DNA of 64,000 bases, taken from Gemmatimonadales bacterium. GTDB taxonomy: Bacteria; Gemmatimonadota; Gemmatimonadetes; Gemmatimonadales; Gemmatimonadaceae. Each line of letters starts with the position of its first letter. Within the stretch, counting starts at the first letter, position 1. The notes beneath the pieces are model-generated. The model worked only from the letters and a program-made list of their open reading frames with translations. It searched no databases and was not told the origin of the DNA. The position numbers and the translations under genes are program-made. Where the stretch lies: positions 4,526-68,525 of the forward strand of contig JBBQZD010000001.1 of the NCBI GenBank assembly GCA_038208045.1, written 5' to 3'. Shown in pieces: positions 1 to 9,768 of the stretch.

Positions 1-1
1 C

Positions 2-505
2 GTGTGCTGCCAACAGCGCCGCCGCGCTCGGGGTGATGCTTCCCTCGGCCGTCGGCAGGTGTTTCACGATCCACTTTCCCATTTGATCTTCACCCAACGG
101 GGCGAACGTCACCACGGTCGTGCGGGCGGGCCAGGTCTTCCCGGGCTCCTCGCCGGCCGGGAGAACAAGGACCAGCACGGTGTCGCGCGACGGGCGTTCG
201 AGATACGCGTCGAGCGCTGCCATCGCCGCCTTCTTCAGACCGTGCGCGTCCCGGATCACCGCCACGCGGCGTTCGGCCATCATGGGCAGCTGCTCCAGTA
301 CGCTGCGCAGTCCGGCGGGGTCGAGGTCCGTACCTCGCCGCACGTCGACATTGAAGTCGCGCATGGCCGGATCCGCCGCCGCGGCCAGCAACTGCCGCAA
401 CGCCTCTTCCTTCGTGTAGTCGTCGTCCCCGCACAGCACATACACCGGATCGAATGACCCGGTGTCTATGGCGGTTTTCAGCGTGCGTGGCGTCGCAGAC
501 GGCAT
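2..505 (-). CDS. holA: DNA polymerase III delta subunit (HolA), N-terminal part; 3' end lies outside the window
   Basis: Own translation of the minus strand from ATG at 505..503: MPSATPRTLKTAIDTGSFDPVYVLCGDDDYTKEEALRQLLAAAADPAMRDFNVDVRRG...RRVAVIRDAHGLKK. This fits the HolA N-terminal domain pattern. It is absent from the ORF track because it is open at the window edge; the 2..457 + ORF is its antisense shadow. Confidence 0.6.
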   Translation of the reverse strand, partial: MPSATPRTLKTAIDTGSFDPVYVLCGDDDYTKEEALRQLLAAAADPAMRDFNVDVRRGTDLDPAGLRSVLEQLPMMAERRVAVIRDAHGLKKAAMAALDAYLERPSRDTVLVLVLPAGEEPGKTWPARTTVVTFAPLGEDQMGKWIVKHLPTAEGSITPSAAALLAAH

Positions 506-544
506 CGGGGAGAATTATACCCCCACGGAGTCCGCCCTGCCGTC

Positions 545-1234
545 CTACTGCGCCAGGTAGCTCGCGAGTTGCAGTCGCGTCGGTGACGAGGAGAGTGCCG
601 ACGGACCGCGTCGCCCGGGTACGCGCCAGGCCGTGCGGACGGGAAGCGCCTCGAATCGCGGCAGCTCAGCGAGTGACTCGGCATGTGCTGTTGGCGCCAC
701 GGGTGCTCGCGGCGCCAGGTCGTCGCGCGGCGGCACCCTGGATCCGGTCGTCGAGAACACCGGCGCGGGCATGGATGCGGGCATGGATGCGGGCATGGAT
801 GCGGGCATCCGTTCGGGCAACCATCCCCGGGTCGTCACGAAGGTCGCCACGAGCATCGGCGTCGTTGCCAAGCCGGGTGCTCCCGGCCTCGCAACTCCCG
901 ATGCGCCTGCCAGAAGCAGGAAGGCCACCGATGCGGCGGTCATGACGGCGGCCACGCCCCATCGGACCCCAGGCCTCGGCGCTCGAAACACCACGCCATC
1001 ACCGGTCAGTCGCTCGTGCAGGCGCGCCCGGAAATCGGCCGACGGCTCGATCACGGGAAGCACCTGCAAGGCCAGCAGCGAGCGCCGCACTCTCACGTCG
1101 AGCGCCGAACAGGCCGGGCACGAATCCCCGTGTGCACGCATCGCCAGCGATTGCTCATCGCAGAGAAGGCCATCGACGAATTCCGCGTGCAGCCGACGGA
1201 ACTGGCGGCAGGAAAGCAAAGGGCGGCAAGGCAT
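545..1234 (-). CDS. anti-sigma factor (zf-HC2 type) with one TM segment
   Basis: Lies directly downstream of the ECF sigma gene. N-terminus MPCRPLLSCRQFRRLHAEFVDGLLCDEQSLAMRAHGDSCPACS has the H-x3-C-x2-C zinc-finger pattern. ATG at 1234 is preceded by GAGGG; the track ORF extends to a GTG at 1261. Confidence 0.65.
   Translation of the reverse strand: MPCRPLLSCRQFRRLHAEFVDGLLCDEQSLAMRAHGDSCPACSALDVRVRRSLLALQVLPVIEPSADFRARLHERLTGDGVVFRAPRPGVRWGVAAVMTAASVAFLLLAGASGVARPGAPGLATTPMLVATFVTTRGWLPERMPASMPASMPASMPAPVFSTTGSRVPPRDDLAPRAPVAPTAHAESLAELPRFEALPVRTAWRVPGRRGPSALSSSPTRLQLASYLAQ
765..808. repeat. 12-bp tandem repeat (gcgggcatggat, ~3.7 units) inside the anti-sigma CDS, encoding (MPAS)3-MPA
   Basis: Read directly from the sequence; in frame; the protein reads ...PERMPASMPASMPASMPAPVF... 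Confidence 0.9.
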
Positions 1235-1287
1235 CGACCCTCGATACCCGCCGCCCCCCACAGGGTTCCACCTCTACCGTCTATCGT

Positions 1288-1920
1288 CTATATCACCGCC
1301 GGCCGAACGATGTCGGCAAACGCCGACCGCGCCCGGTTCAGCCGCGACTTCACGGTCCCGAGGTTGCAGTGCGTGATCTCCGCGATCTCCTCGTACGAAC
1401 GTCCGTCCAGCTCCCGCAGCACGAAGACCTGCCGGTGATGCGCGGGCAGGCGGCGAACCGCCGCATCGACCAGCTCGCGCAAGTGCTTCCGGTCGAACGC
1501 GTCGTCGGGACGGGCATTCGCGTCTTCGAACTCGAGCGGTCGATCCTCGTCTTCCCAGCCCGACGTCATCGTCTGGAAATAGACCAGGGGATTTCGCGCC
1601 CGGTTGCGCAGCTCGTTCTTCGCCAGGTTCGACGCAATCGTGTAGATCCAGGTCGAGAACTTCTTCGACCGGTCGAAACGGCCAAGGTGCCGGTGCACGC
1701 GCACGAAGGCTTCCTGCACCAGATCCTCCGCCCGTTCACGGTCGCCAACGGTGCGGTACACGAAGTTCAGCAGCCGCGTCTGGTACCGTTCGACCAACAG
1801 GTCAAACGCCCGGCTGGCGCCGCCGAGATACGACGTTACCAGCGCATTGTCGTCCAACCCCTCCAACTCCGCGCGCCCAAGGGGCTTCGCGTATTCGACC
1901 TTCAGGGCAGCCTGCCGCAT
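1288..1920 (-). CDS. ECF (sigma-70 family, group 4) RNA polymerase sigma factor
   Basis: 210 aa with region 2 (DLVQEAFVRVHRHLGRFD...FSTWIYTIASNLAKNELR) and region 4 (VFVLRELDGRSYEEIAEITHCNLGTVKSRLNRAR). AGGAGG lies upstream of the ATG. Confidence 0.9.
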   Translation of the reverse strand: MRQAALKVEYAKPLGRAELEGLDDNALVTSYLGGASRAFDLLVERYQTRLLNFVYRTVGDRERAEDLVQEAFVRVHRHLGRFDRSKKFSTWIYTIASNLAKNELRNRARNPLVYFQTMTSGWEDEDRPLEFEDANARPDDAFDRKHLRELVDAAVRRLPAHHRQVFVLRELDGRSYEEIAEITHCNLGTVKSRLNRARSAFADIVRPAVI

Positions 1921-2002
1921 CTACTCCTCCTGTCGCCACGGGGCCAGCTTCTGATCGATAGTGAGTGCAGGGACCGTACCAGACCGGTCATTGGCAAATG
2001 AC

Positions 2003-2037
2003 AAAGGCAAGTCGTTTATTTTCAACGACTTGCCTTT
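2003..2037. terminator. perfect 14-bp stem-loop (AAAGGCAAGTCGTT-tattttc-AACGACTTGCCTTT)
   Basis: Seen directly, between the NUDIX/M16 operon end and the ECF sigma gene. The flanking T content is only modest, so terminator function is uncertain. Confidence 0.4.
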
Positions 2038-2094
2038 CTTGATTGTTCCGAAATATGTCCCGGACGCGAGAAGCTTGCGTCCACTTTTGTGGAC

Positions 2095-2282
2095 ACAAGC
2101 TTTGCAACTTCAATACGGTGGCACGGAGGAAAAGGGGAGGGTCATGGCGACTGCAAATACTCTGAAGGGGCTCGCGGTGAGATCTCACCACCAGGCCCCC
2201 CAAGAATCGCAATTGCATCCTCCGCGGCCCTCAGCCGTTCCTCCGCGCCTCCGTGTTGAAGCAGTTGAGGAAGGGCGCTCCA
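2095..2282 (+). repeat. nested-palindrome repeat (NPR) copy 1, degenerate, beta/beta' arms
   Basis: ttcaatacggtggcacggaggaaaaggggagggtcatggcgac ... ggggctcgcggtgagatctcaccaccaggcccccc ... cctccgcggccctcagccgttcctccgcgcctccgtgttgaag aligns with copy 2. Confidence 0.7.
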
Positions 2283-2286
2283 AACC

Positions 2287-2841
2287 TCAGACCCCGCAGT
2301 AGAACCCCGCCGCGTACAGAATGCCCAATGCCGTCTTCATATCCTCGATCTCACCGCGTTGAATCATCGCCAGGGCGCGGGACATCTTCATCGGCACCGA
2401 CTCGACGAACTCGTCGTCGTCGAACTCCGTGGCCTCCCGCGTGATGTCGTGCGCCGCGAAGAAGTGCAGCTTCTCGTCCGTGAACCCCGGCGTTGAATAG
2501 GCGTGGATCAGCGGATCAAGATGCGTCGCAACACACCCTGTTTCCTCGCGCAGTTCGCGCGCCGCGCATTCGGCCGGCGTTTCCCCGGGATTCGGCCGGC
2601 CAGCCGGGATCTCATATAGATGACCGTTGGCGGCGTAGCGATACTGGCGAATCAGCAGCAGTTGCGGGTCCTCGCCGTGCGGATCGCTCAGGAACGGCAC
2701 CACCACGCTCGCCCCCGTGTGCCGGATGATCTCCTGCTCACCCACGCGCCCGTCCGGGAAGCGCACCTGGTCCACGTTCAGCGTCACCACGCGCCCTTCA
2801 TAAATGCGGTGGCTCTGGATCGTCCCGGTCGGCTCGGTCAT
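2287..2841 (-). CDS. NUDIX hydrolase (ADP-ribose pyrophosphatase-like)
   Basis: Last 184 aa of the 2287..4281 track ORF, starting MTEPTGTIQSHRIYEGRVV. Nudix box GRPNPGETPAECAARELREETG. The ATG at 2841 overlaps the upstream stop (ATGA). Confidence 0.85.
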   Translation of the reverse strand: MTEPTGTIQSHRIYEGRVVTLNVDQVRFPDGRVGEQEIIRHTGASVVVPFLSDPHGEDPQLLLIRQYRYAANGHLYEIPAGRPNPGETPAECAARELREETGCVATHLDPLIHAYSTPGFTDEKLHFFAAHDITREATEFDDDEFVESVPMKMSRALAMIQRGEIEDMKTALGILYAAGFYCGV

Positions 2842-4205
2842 GCGTCGGCTCCGTCGTCGGCGTTCGTCACGGTCAGCGGGCCAAGCTCCAGGGCGGCGAG
2901 TGGTCCCTCGATGACACTCGCGTCGCCGACCGCCAGGATCTGCAGGCGCTCGGGGTGCAGGTGCGCTTGTGCGGCCGCCCGCACGTCCCCGGTCGTCACG
3001 GCCGACATCCGGTCGCGGTACGAGGTGAAGTAGTCGGGATCGAGACCATACACCGTCGCCATGGCCAACGCGGCCGCCACGGCGCCCGTCGTCTCGTACC
3101 GTATGGGAAAGACGCCGGCCAGATACTTCGTGGCCAGTTCCAGCTCGTCCGTGCTGATCTCCGCGTCGCGCATGCGGTCGATCTCCAGCAGGATCTCGCG
3201 CACGGCCGCATCCGTCGCCTCCGTCTTCACCGCCGTGTCCACCGAGAAGGGCCCGGCGTCGCGCCTCCAGTCGAACCCCGAGCGTGCGCCGTACGTCCAG
3301 GCGTGCGCCTCCCGCAGGTTCAGGTTGATGCGCGACGAGAACAGGCCGCCCAGTACCGCATTCATCACCACGATCGAAAAGTGATCGCGATGCGCCCGAG
3401 GCACCCCGACGCATCCCACCCGCAGCTCCGTCTGCTGCGCGTTCGCTTTCGCCACCACGTGCACCGCGCGCGTCGATCGGCGTGGCGTCACGTCCACCGC
3501 CGCAACGGGCAGCACGGGGCGTGCCCACGCACCCAGGTGCCGCGCCACGAGGGCCTGCACGCGCGCTGGCGTCACGTCGCCCGTCACCACGATCGTCGTC
3601 GTCGAGCTTGAGTAGCGCGCGTCGTGCCACGCGCGCACCGCCGCGTCGTCGAGCGCACGCACCGACCCCGGCGTGCCGCCCGCCGGCCGTGCGAACCGCG
3701 ATGACGACGCGTACGCCACGCCGGCAAAGCGTTCGTCCGCAAGTCCGCGAGGCTCCACGCGCTGCTGCAGCAGTTCGGCGAGGCGTTCCGCCTTCAGGCG
3801 CTCGACGTCCGCCGTCGCGAACCGCGGTGCCATCAGCACCTCCGCCAGCAGCGCCATGGCGTTGTCCAAGTGCCCAGGAGTCACGGTCAGACTGAGCGTC
3901 GCCTCGTCCCAGTCGGCGCCGGTTCCCAAGGATGTGCCCAGCCGCTCGAACGCGTCGGCGAGCGCCCCGGCGTCGCGCGTCGCGGTGCCCTCGGCCAGCG
4001 CCGACGCCGTGAGCGTGGCCAGTCCGTCCTGTCCAGGCGCATCCGCCGACGCCCCTGCGTCCACCACCGCCACCACGCTCACCAGCGGCAACCGTGGCAT
4101 CGGTGCAACGATGATGCGCAGGCCGGTGTCGAGCGTGAATCGCGTGGTCGCTGGAAACTCGTACGCGCGAGGCGCGCCGGGTTGCGGCCGTTCGCTCGCG
4201 GTCAC
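2838..4205 (-). CDS. M16 family peptidase, non-catalytic (no HxxEH) partner subunit
   Basis: 455 aa with insulinase-like layout and no HxxEH motif. 4-nt overlap with the upstream M16 gene. Confidence 0.8.
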   Translation of the reverse strand: MTASERPQPGAPRAYEFPATTRFTLDTGLRIIVAPMPRLPLVSVVAVVDAGASADAPGQDGLATLTASALAEGTATRDAGALADAFERLGTSLGTGADWDEATLSLTVTPGHLDNAMALLAEVLMAPRFATADVERLKAERLAELLQQRVEPRGLADERFAGVAYASSSRFARPAGGTPGSVRALDDAAVRAWHDARYSSSTTTIVVTGDVTPARVQALVARHLGAWARPVLPVAAVDVTPRRSTRAVHVVAKANAQQTELRVGCVGVPRAHRDHFSIVVMNAVLGGLFSSRINLNLREAHAWTYGARSGFDWRRDAGPFSVDTAVKTEATDAAVREILLEIDRMRDAEISTDELELATKYLAGVFPIRYETTGAVAAALAMATVYGLDPDYFTSYRDRMSAVTTGDVRAAAQAHLHPERLQILAVGDASVIEGPLAALELGPLTVTNADDGADA

Positions 4206-5485
4206 GCGGCCTCCGTGGCCGCACGGCGCGGCACGTACACCAGCGACGCGCGATTCTCCTCGCCCAGGAACTCGCGGGCAAACGCCGTCACCGCCTCGGC
4301 CGTCACCGCGCGGTAGCGTCCGAGCTGTCCGTTCACGAGAGCCGCGTCGCCAAAGATGGTCGCGAACTTCGACAGGGTGTCGGCGCGATCCCCCGCCGTC
4401 TGCAACGACGACACGTAGTCGGTCTCAATAAGGGCCAGGACACGCGCCACCTCGTCGTCCCGCACCCCCTCGGCGCGCAGTCGGTCGATCTCGGCGACCA
4501 CGGCGCGCTCGAGCGTGGCGGCATCGGTGCCCGGGCGGGCCGTCGCGTCCACGACGAACAGGTCGGCTCCCTTCGACAAGTCCCACGTGAACGCGCTCAC
4601 GTCGCTCGCCACCTCCTGCGCACGGATGAGCGAGCGGAACAGCCGGCTGCCGCGGCGCATGCCCAGCACCGCCGCACAGACGCTGCCCGCGAAGTACGCC
4701 TCGCTCCCGAACACCGGCACGCGAAACGCCAGGAAGAGTCGCGGCACCATCACGTCGTCCTCCACCTCGTCGCGCAACCAGCCCCCGAACGTCGCCGGAA
4801 GCTCCATCGGCGCCAGCGGCGGCCGGCCGCGGCCGCGCGCAATGCCGCCGAAGTGCCTCTCCACGAACCGGCGCGCCTCGGCCGCGTCAAAGTCGCCGGC
4901 AATCGAGAGCACGGCGTTGTCTGGCGTGTAGTACGTGCGGAAGAATTCCGCCACGTCGTCGAGGCTCGCGGCCGTCAGGTGATCCATCGAGCCGATGAGC
5001 GAATGATGGTACGGGTGCGCCGGCGGAAAGCACAGCGCGGGCAGTCGCTCCCACCAGGTGCCGTACGGCTGGTTGTCCACCGACCAGCGCCGTTCGTTTT
5101 TCACCACGTCGCGCTGTGTGTCGAGCTTCTCTTGCGTCATCGCCGGCAAAAGCGCCCCCATGCGGTCGGCCTCGAGCCAGAGCGCCAGTTCCAGGTGGTG
5201 CGACGGCACCGTCTCGAAGTAGTTCGTGCGCTCGAGCCACGTGGAACCGTTCAGCGTGCCCCCGGCTCGTTGGATCGACTCGAAGTGTTCGTTCGAACCG
5301 ACATGTTCCGACCCCTGAAAGAGCATGTGCTCGAACAGGTGCGCGAATCCCGTCCGGTCCTCGCGCTCGTTCGCCGATCCCACGTGGTACCACAGGTTCA
5401 CCGCCACGACTGGCGCAGAATGGTCCTCGGACAGCGTCACGAGGAGTCCGTTGGGCAGGCGGTACGAGTCGACGGGAATGTGCAT
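4202..5485 (-). CDS. M16 family zinc peptidase (pitrilysin-like), catalytic subunit
   Basis: 427 aa with the inverted zinc motif HLFEHMLFQGS near the N-terminus. Confidence 0.9.
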   Translation of the reverse strand: MHIPVDSYRLPNGLLVTLSEDHSAPVVAVNLWYHVGSANEREDRTGFAHLFEHMLFQGSEHVGSNEHFESIQRAGGTLNGSTWLERTNYFETVPSHHLELALWLEADRMGALLPAMTQEKLDTQRDVVKNERRWSVDNQPYGTWWERLPALCFPPAHPYHHSLIGSMDHLTAASLDDVAEFFRTYYTPDNAVLSIAGDFDAAEARRFVERHFGGIARGRGRPPLAPMELPATFGGWLRDEVEDDVMVPRLFLAFRVPVFGSEAYFAGSVCAAVLGMRRGSRLFRSLIRAQEVASDVSAFTWDLSKGADLFVVDATARPGTDAATLERAVVAEIDRLRAEGVRDDEVARVLALIETDYVSSLQTAGDRADTLSKFATIFGDAALVNGQLGRYRAVTAEAVTAFAREFLGEENRASLVYVPRRAATEAA

Positions 5486-5547
5486 CGGCCTAAAATGCCC
5501 GGTCGCGGGGGGTGGAGGTAGGGCTGTTGTGCACCATCCGGCTCAAA

Positions 5548-6180
5548 CTACCAGTCCGCGAGAACCGCCATCGGCACCTTGAACGACTCGGTTACCGCCT
5601 CCGGCCAGCGTCGCAGCATCCGGCCGCCACCGATGGGCGTCGGCGACGTGTGCACCTCCACGCCCATCCGGCGCGCCAGCACCTGCACGCGCAACAGGTG
5701 GTACGGGTCGCTCACGATCAGCGCCGAGTGCAGCCGCCGGCCGTCGAGCAGCGTCGCCACGCCATGCAGCGACTGGCTCGTGGACCGGCCTTCGGTTTCC
5801 ATCAGCAGCGCCGTGTCCGGCACGTCGTGCGCCAGCAGGTACACGCGCGCCACGGCGGCTTCGCTCGCGGTGTCGCCTTCGTTGGTACCGCCAGTGACGA
5901 TGAGGCGCGGTGACAGGCCGCGCTCCCAAAGCCGCAAGGCGTGGTCGAGTCGGGCCCGCAGGACCGGCGATGGGTGGCCGCGGTACTGGGCCGCCCCCAT
6001 CACGACGATCGCATCGCTTGGCTGCGCCCCGTCCCGCAACCCCGTGCCGACGACCGCCAGCAACACCACCATCCACAGCACCGCCAGCGCGCCCGCAGTG
6101 CGCGCCGCGTACCGGCCGAGCATCGGGGGACGTTGCGGCTCCATCAGGGCCAAGCTAGCGCGCCGGCGCGCGCCACGCAT
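5548..6180 (-). CDS. DUF218 / YdcF-ElyC family protein with N-terminal TM
   Basis: IVVMGAAQYRGHPSPVLRARLDHALRLWERGLSPRLIVTGG...LIVSDPYHLLR matches the DUF218 pattern. Confidence 0.7.
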   Translation of the reverse strand: MRGARRRASLALMEPQRPPMLGRYAARTAGALAVLWMVVLLAVVGTGLRDGAQPSDAIVVMGAAQYRGHPSPVLRARLDHALRLWERGLSPRLIVTGGTNEGDTASEAAVARVYLLAHDVPDTALLMETEGRSTSQSLHGVATLLDGRRLHSALIVSDPYHLLRVQVLARRMGVEVHTSPTPIGGGRMLRRWPEAVTESFKVPMAVLADW

Positions 6181-6181
6181 C

Positions 6182-7573
6182 TCACGACAGGGTGATCCGC
6201 GTCCCCGCGGCCGGTGCCTGCACCCGATAACCGCTCAACCGGAGACGCTCGGCGAATGCCTCCTGCGCCGGCACTTCGCCGTGCACGAGATAGACGTCCT
6301 TCAGGGCGGGCGATGACGCGCGCACCGCATCCAGCCATATCGCCAGCTCGGTGCGGTCGGCATGCGCGCTGTATCCGTTCAGCACTGCGACCTGCGCACG
6401 CAGCGGCACGTCGTCGCCGTACACCCGCAGCACCGCTTGCCGCTCCACGATGCGCCGTCCCAGCGTGTGCTCCGCCATGAACCCGACCACGAGGATCGTG
6501 TTGCGCGGGTCCGATGCGCCCTGTGCCAGGTGGTGCAGGATCCGGCCCGATTCCGCCATACCGGATGCAGCAATGATCACCATCGGCCCCGTCGCGCGCG
6601 CCAGCGCCTTCGAGTCTTCCACCTCGGGCGTGTACCGCAGCAGCGGAAACTGGAACAGCGACGTGCCGTGGTGCGACCGCACGAAGCCCTCGGTCTGGTC
6701 GAACACGTCGACGTTCTTCTCGAACGCTGCCGTCGCGCGTGTGGCGAGCGGGCTGTCGATGTAAATCGGCAGCTGCGGGATCTCCCCCGTCTCGGCCATC
6801 TGGTGCAGGTCGTACACGAGTTCCTGCGTCCGCCCCACCGCGAAGGCCGGCACCAAAATCCGGCCGCCGCGCGCCGCCGTCTCGCGCACCACGCGCGCCA
6901 GCGCGGCGCGCGCGCCGGCCACCGACTCGTGGTCCCGATTGCCGTACGTCGATTCCATCAGCACCCAGTCGGCCAGCGGCGGCGGATCCGGGTCGCGGAT
7001 GATCGGCAGGCCCGAACGTCCAATGTCGCCGCTGAACACCAGGCGCTTCGTCTCCGCGCCGTCCGTGACCTCGAGTGTCACCGACGCCGAGCCGAGAATG
7101 TGTCCCGCGTCTGAGAACGTCACGAACATCCCGGGTGCCACCGCAAATCGCTCGCCGTACGCGTGCGACTGCATCAGGTCGATCGTGCGCGCCACGTCGC
7201 GGGTGCCGTAGAGGGGTTCGAACACCTCCTTGCGGCGCTTCGCCAGGAACTCGGCGTCCTTTTCCTGAATGTGCGCCGAGTCGGCGAGCATCGGCATGCA
7301 CAGGTCGCGCGTGGCCGCCGTGCAGTGGATCGCCTTCGCGTAGCCCTCGCGCACCAGCAGCGGCAGGCGCCCCGAGTGATCGATGTGGGCGTGACTGAGC
7401 ACCACCGCGTCGAGCCGGTCGATCGGGACGGGCAGCTCCAGGTTCTTGCGCCGTACGTCACTGCGCTTTCCCTGGAACATCCCGCAGTCCAGCAGGATCG
7501 TTCGCCCGTGCGCCTGCACGATATGGCACGACCCGGTGACCTCGCGGGCCGCGCCGTGAAAGGTCAGTTGCAT
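6182..7573 (-). CDS. MBL-fold beta-CASP RNA-metabolising hydrolase
   Basis: 463 aa: [17 protein letters not shown]..., [11 protein letters not shown] motif, C-terminal beta-CASP motifs (YSAHAD). Confidence 0.85.
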   Translation of the reverse strand: MQLTFHGAAREVTGSCHIVQAHGRTILLDCGMFQGKRSDVRRKNLELPVPIDRLDAVVLSHAHIDHSGRLPLLVREGYAKAIHCTAATRDLCMPMLADSAHIQEKDAEFLAKRRKEVFEPLYGTRDVARTIDLMQSHAYGERFAVAPGMFVTFSDAGHILGSASVTLEVTDGAETKRLVFSGDIGRSGLPIIRDPDPPPLADWVLMESTYGNRDHESVAGARAALARVVRETAARGGRILVPAFAVGRTQELVYDLHQMAETGEIPQLPIYIDSPLATRATAAFEKNVDVFDQTEGFVRSHHGTSLFQFPLLRYTPEVEDSKALARATGPMVIIAASGMAESGRILHHLAQGASDPRNTILVVGFMAEHTLGRRIVERQAVLRVYGDDVPLRAQVAVLNGYSAHADRTELAIWLDAVRASSPALKDVYLVHGEVPAQEAFAERLRLSGYRVQAPAAGTRITLS

Positions 7574-7579
7574 CCGCGG

Positions 7580-7759
7580 TTACGAGGCGTCGGGCTTTGC
7601 GCGGCGCTCGAAGACCACAATGAGGCGCGCGTCGTCCTGCGTCATCATGGTCGGCTCCCAGCCCCCGCGGCTGCGTTCGTTCAGCAGATCCGTCAGGGCG
7701 TCCTCGTCTTCCCGGGCGTGGCGCGCCACGCGCAGGATCACCGCTTGGTATTCTTTCAT
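7580..7759 (-). CDS. small DUF4177-like protein (59 aa)
   Basis: [53 protein letters not shown]. The upstream part of the 174-aa track ORF overlaps upp in antisense and was discarded. Confidence 0.45.
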   Translation of the reverse strand: MKEYQAVILRVARHAREDEDALTDLLNERSRGGWEPTMMTQDDARLIVVFERRAKPDAS

Positions 7760-7787
7760 GTCCGCGAAGATACTAGCTTTGCCGTCT

Positions 7788-8435
7788 ATGGTCACCACCC
7801 CGACGCTGCCGGGCCTCACGGTCATCGAACACCCGCTCATCAGGCACAAGCTGTCGTTCCTGCGCGACCGCAACACGCCGACCAAGCTCTTCAAGGAACT
7901 GGTCGACGAGATTGCCATGCTCATGGCCTTCGAGGCGACGCGTGACTTGCCGCTCGAGCCGGTCACTATCGACACGCCGCTCGAGTCGATGCAGGCCCTG
8001 CGGCTCGCGGGCGCCGAACCCCTGCTCGTGCCCATCCTGCGCGCCGGACTCGGCATGGTCGACGGCATCCGCGCACTCATCCCGTCCGCGCGGGTCGGAC
8101 ACATCGGACTCTACCGCGACCACGACACGCTGCAGCCCGTGGAGTACTACTTCAAGGTGCCGCCAGACATCGCCAATCGTGATGTCTTCGTGCTCGACCC
8201 GATGCTCGCCACCGGTGGCTCCGCGGCCGACGCCATCACGCAGCTCAAGAAGGCCGGCGCGCGCCGCCTGCGCTTCATGTGCCTCGTCGCCGCCCCCGAG
8301 GGCGTCCAGCTCCTCCACACCACCCATCCCGACGTCCCCATCTTCGCCGCGTCGCTCGACCGCCAGCTCAATGACGTCGGCTACATCCTCCCCGGGCTCG
8401 GCGACGCCGGCGATCGGTTGTTCGGCACGAAGTGA
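7788..8435 (+). CDS. upp: uracil phosphoribosyltransferase
   Basis: [27 protein letters not shown]...[12 protein letters not shown]...[18 protein letters not shown], full-length Upp pattern. Confidence 0.95.
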   Translation: MVTTPTLPGLTVIEHPLIRHKLSFLRDRNTPTKLFKELVDEIAMLMAFEATRDLPLEPVTIDTPLESMQALRLAGAEPLLVPILRAGLGMVDGIRALIPSARVGHIGLYRDHDTLQPVEYYFKVPPDIANRDVFVLDPMLATGGSAADAITQLKKAGARRLRFMCLVAAPEGVQLLHTTHPDVPIFAASLDRQLNDVGYILPGLGDAGDRLFGTK

Positions 8436-8436
8436 T

Positions 8437-8637
8437 CGGTGAGGGATGCTCGGCTTTTTTCAACACGGAGACACTGAGGAAGAACTGAGGGCCACGGAGA
8501 CTGCTACTGCCAAATTCTTTGGGGCTCGGCGGTGAGATCTCCCCGCCGGGCCCCCGTTGAATTGTAGTTGTCGTCTCCGTGGCCCTCAGCTGTTCCTTCG
8601 TGTCTCCGTGTTGAAGCAGTAAAAGGAATCGCCACGC
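8437..8637 (+). repeat. NPR copy 2, beta/beta' arms (near-perfect long hairpin)
   Basis: TTCAACACGGAGACACTGAGGAAGAACTGAGGGCCACGGAGAC ... center ... GTCTCCGTGGCCCTCAGCTGTTCCTTCGTGTCTCCGTGTTGAA. It begins 1 nt after the upp stop. Confidence 0.9.
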
Positions 8638-8785
8638 AAAACCAACCAAGTGACCAACCGCACGCGTGGCGCGTCTTTTGCTCGGACTCCCGTGCTCTTG
8701 TTCGCACTCACGTGTGCCGGTATCTTCTCGCACGTCGCACTGCACTCCCCCGCCCGCTCGTCGCGACACGCCGCTACCCCATGCG

Positions 8786-9730
8786 ATGCTAATCAATCTC
8801 GTTCCGGACTTCTTCACGGTCCTGCAAAGCACCGATCCGGTTGCGGCTTACCAGCGCTACTTCGAGACGCATCGCCCGTTGCTCGAGGCGTACTGGCACA
8901 ACTACGTCCTCGACCCGAGCGGCCCGCATTTCATCGACGTCGTCCGCGAGGCCGTCTACGCCGACCGCGATGACCTGCGCGCAATGCTCGCGCGCGTGGA
9001 CGTCGTGGCCCTCGCCAAGTCTGCCGAAGCGCAGTGCGAGGCGTTGTTCCAGCTCGACTCGCCCGTCGACATCGTCCTCATGGTCGGCGTCGGCGGCGCC
9101 AACGCCGGCGAACTCGTCGTGGGCGGCAAAGGCATCGCCTTCGCCTGCCTCGAGCACTTCACCGGCGTTGCCAACACCTCCACGCGCGGCCTCGGCCTTG
9201 AGCCCGAACTGCTGCCCATGTGGCTGTCGCATGAAATCGCGCACGCCGTGCGCTATACCTCGCCGCAGAGCCGCAGCGCCATGCGCCGGTTCGTCGCCGA
9301 CCAGGGCGGGTATTACTCGTACTGGGAGACCGGGCGCCACGTCCCGCTTCGTGAGCACCTCGTCAACGAGGGCCTCGCCGTGCAGTCGGCGCGCCTGCTC
9401 AGCCCTGGGCATGCCCCGTGGGAGTACTTCGGCTTCCAGCGCCGGCAGTACGTCCGCACCCGCGAGATGGAACCGATTCTCTTCCGCTCCGTCGCCGAGG
9501 AGCTCGACAGCTCGGCGCTGGGCCTCCGCCTCCGCTGGCTCTCGGGCGGCATGAGCGATGACGCGCGTACCGTGGACCGCTACGTGATTCCGGAACGTGC
9601 CGGGTATTTCCTGGGCGCGCGTCTCGTCGAGGACGCCATCACCGAGCATGGCATCGCCAAGTGCCTGCGCATGTCGGCCGAGGAGATCCTCGGGATGGCG
9701 TCGGCAGACCTGGTGGCCCGCACCGCATAA
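8786..9730 (+). CDS. DUF2268-like putative Zn-dependent protease
   Basis: HEIAH motif (WLSHEIAHAVRY) followed by NEGLA. Start chosen at MLINLVPDFF; the upstream part of the track ORF overlaps the repeat flank. Confidence 0.55.
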   Translation: MLINLVPDFFTVLQSTDPVAAYQRYFETHRPLLEAYWHNYVLDPSGPHFIDVVREAVYADRDDLRAMLARVDVVALAKSAEAQCEALFQLDSPVDIVLMVGVGGANAGELVVGGKGIAFACLEHFTGVANTSTRGLGLEPELLPMWLSHEIAHAVRYTSPQSRSAMRRFVADQGGYYSYWETGRHVPLREHLVNEGLAVQSARLLSPGHAPWEYFGFQRRQYVRTREMEPILFRSVAEELDSSALGLRLRWLSGGMSDDARTVDRYVIPERAGYFLGARLVEDAITEHGIAKCLRMSAEEILGMASADLVARTA

Positions 9731-9768
9731 CCTGCGCGCCGGGCGTCGTGGCACGGCGCAGGACAGGG

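Noticed and set aside
2287-4281. 664-aa composite ORF
   Set aside because: Only the last 184 aa (NUDIX, from ATG 2841) are credible. The upstream 480 aa run out of frame across the M16 gene (2838-4205), which has the better protein-like sequence.
8368-8832. ORFs that read through the repeat elements (also 1961-2302, 17737-18153, 29959-30450, 44651-45007) and give recurring peptides such as QHGDTEE..LRATE and STPWLRVE
   Set aside because: The recurrence is a by-product of translating a palindromic DNA repeat. Frames and strands differ between copies, stops interrupt several copies, and no SD or start is conserved. They were not called as CDS, except where a real gene demonstrably reads through an arm (GxxExxY, mnmE).
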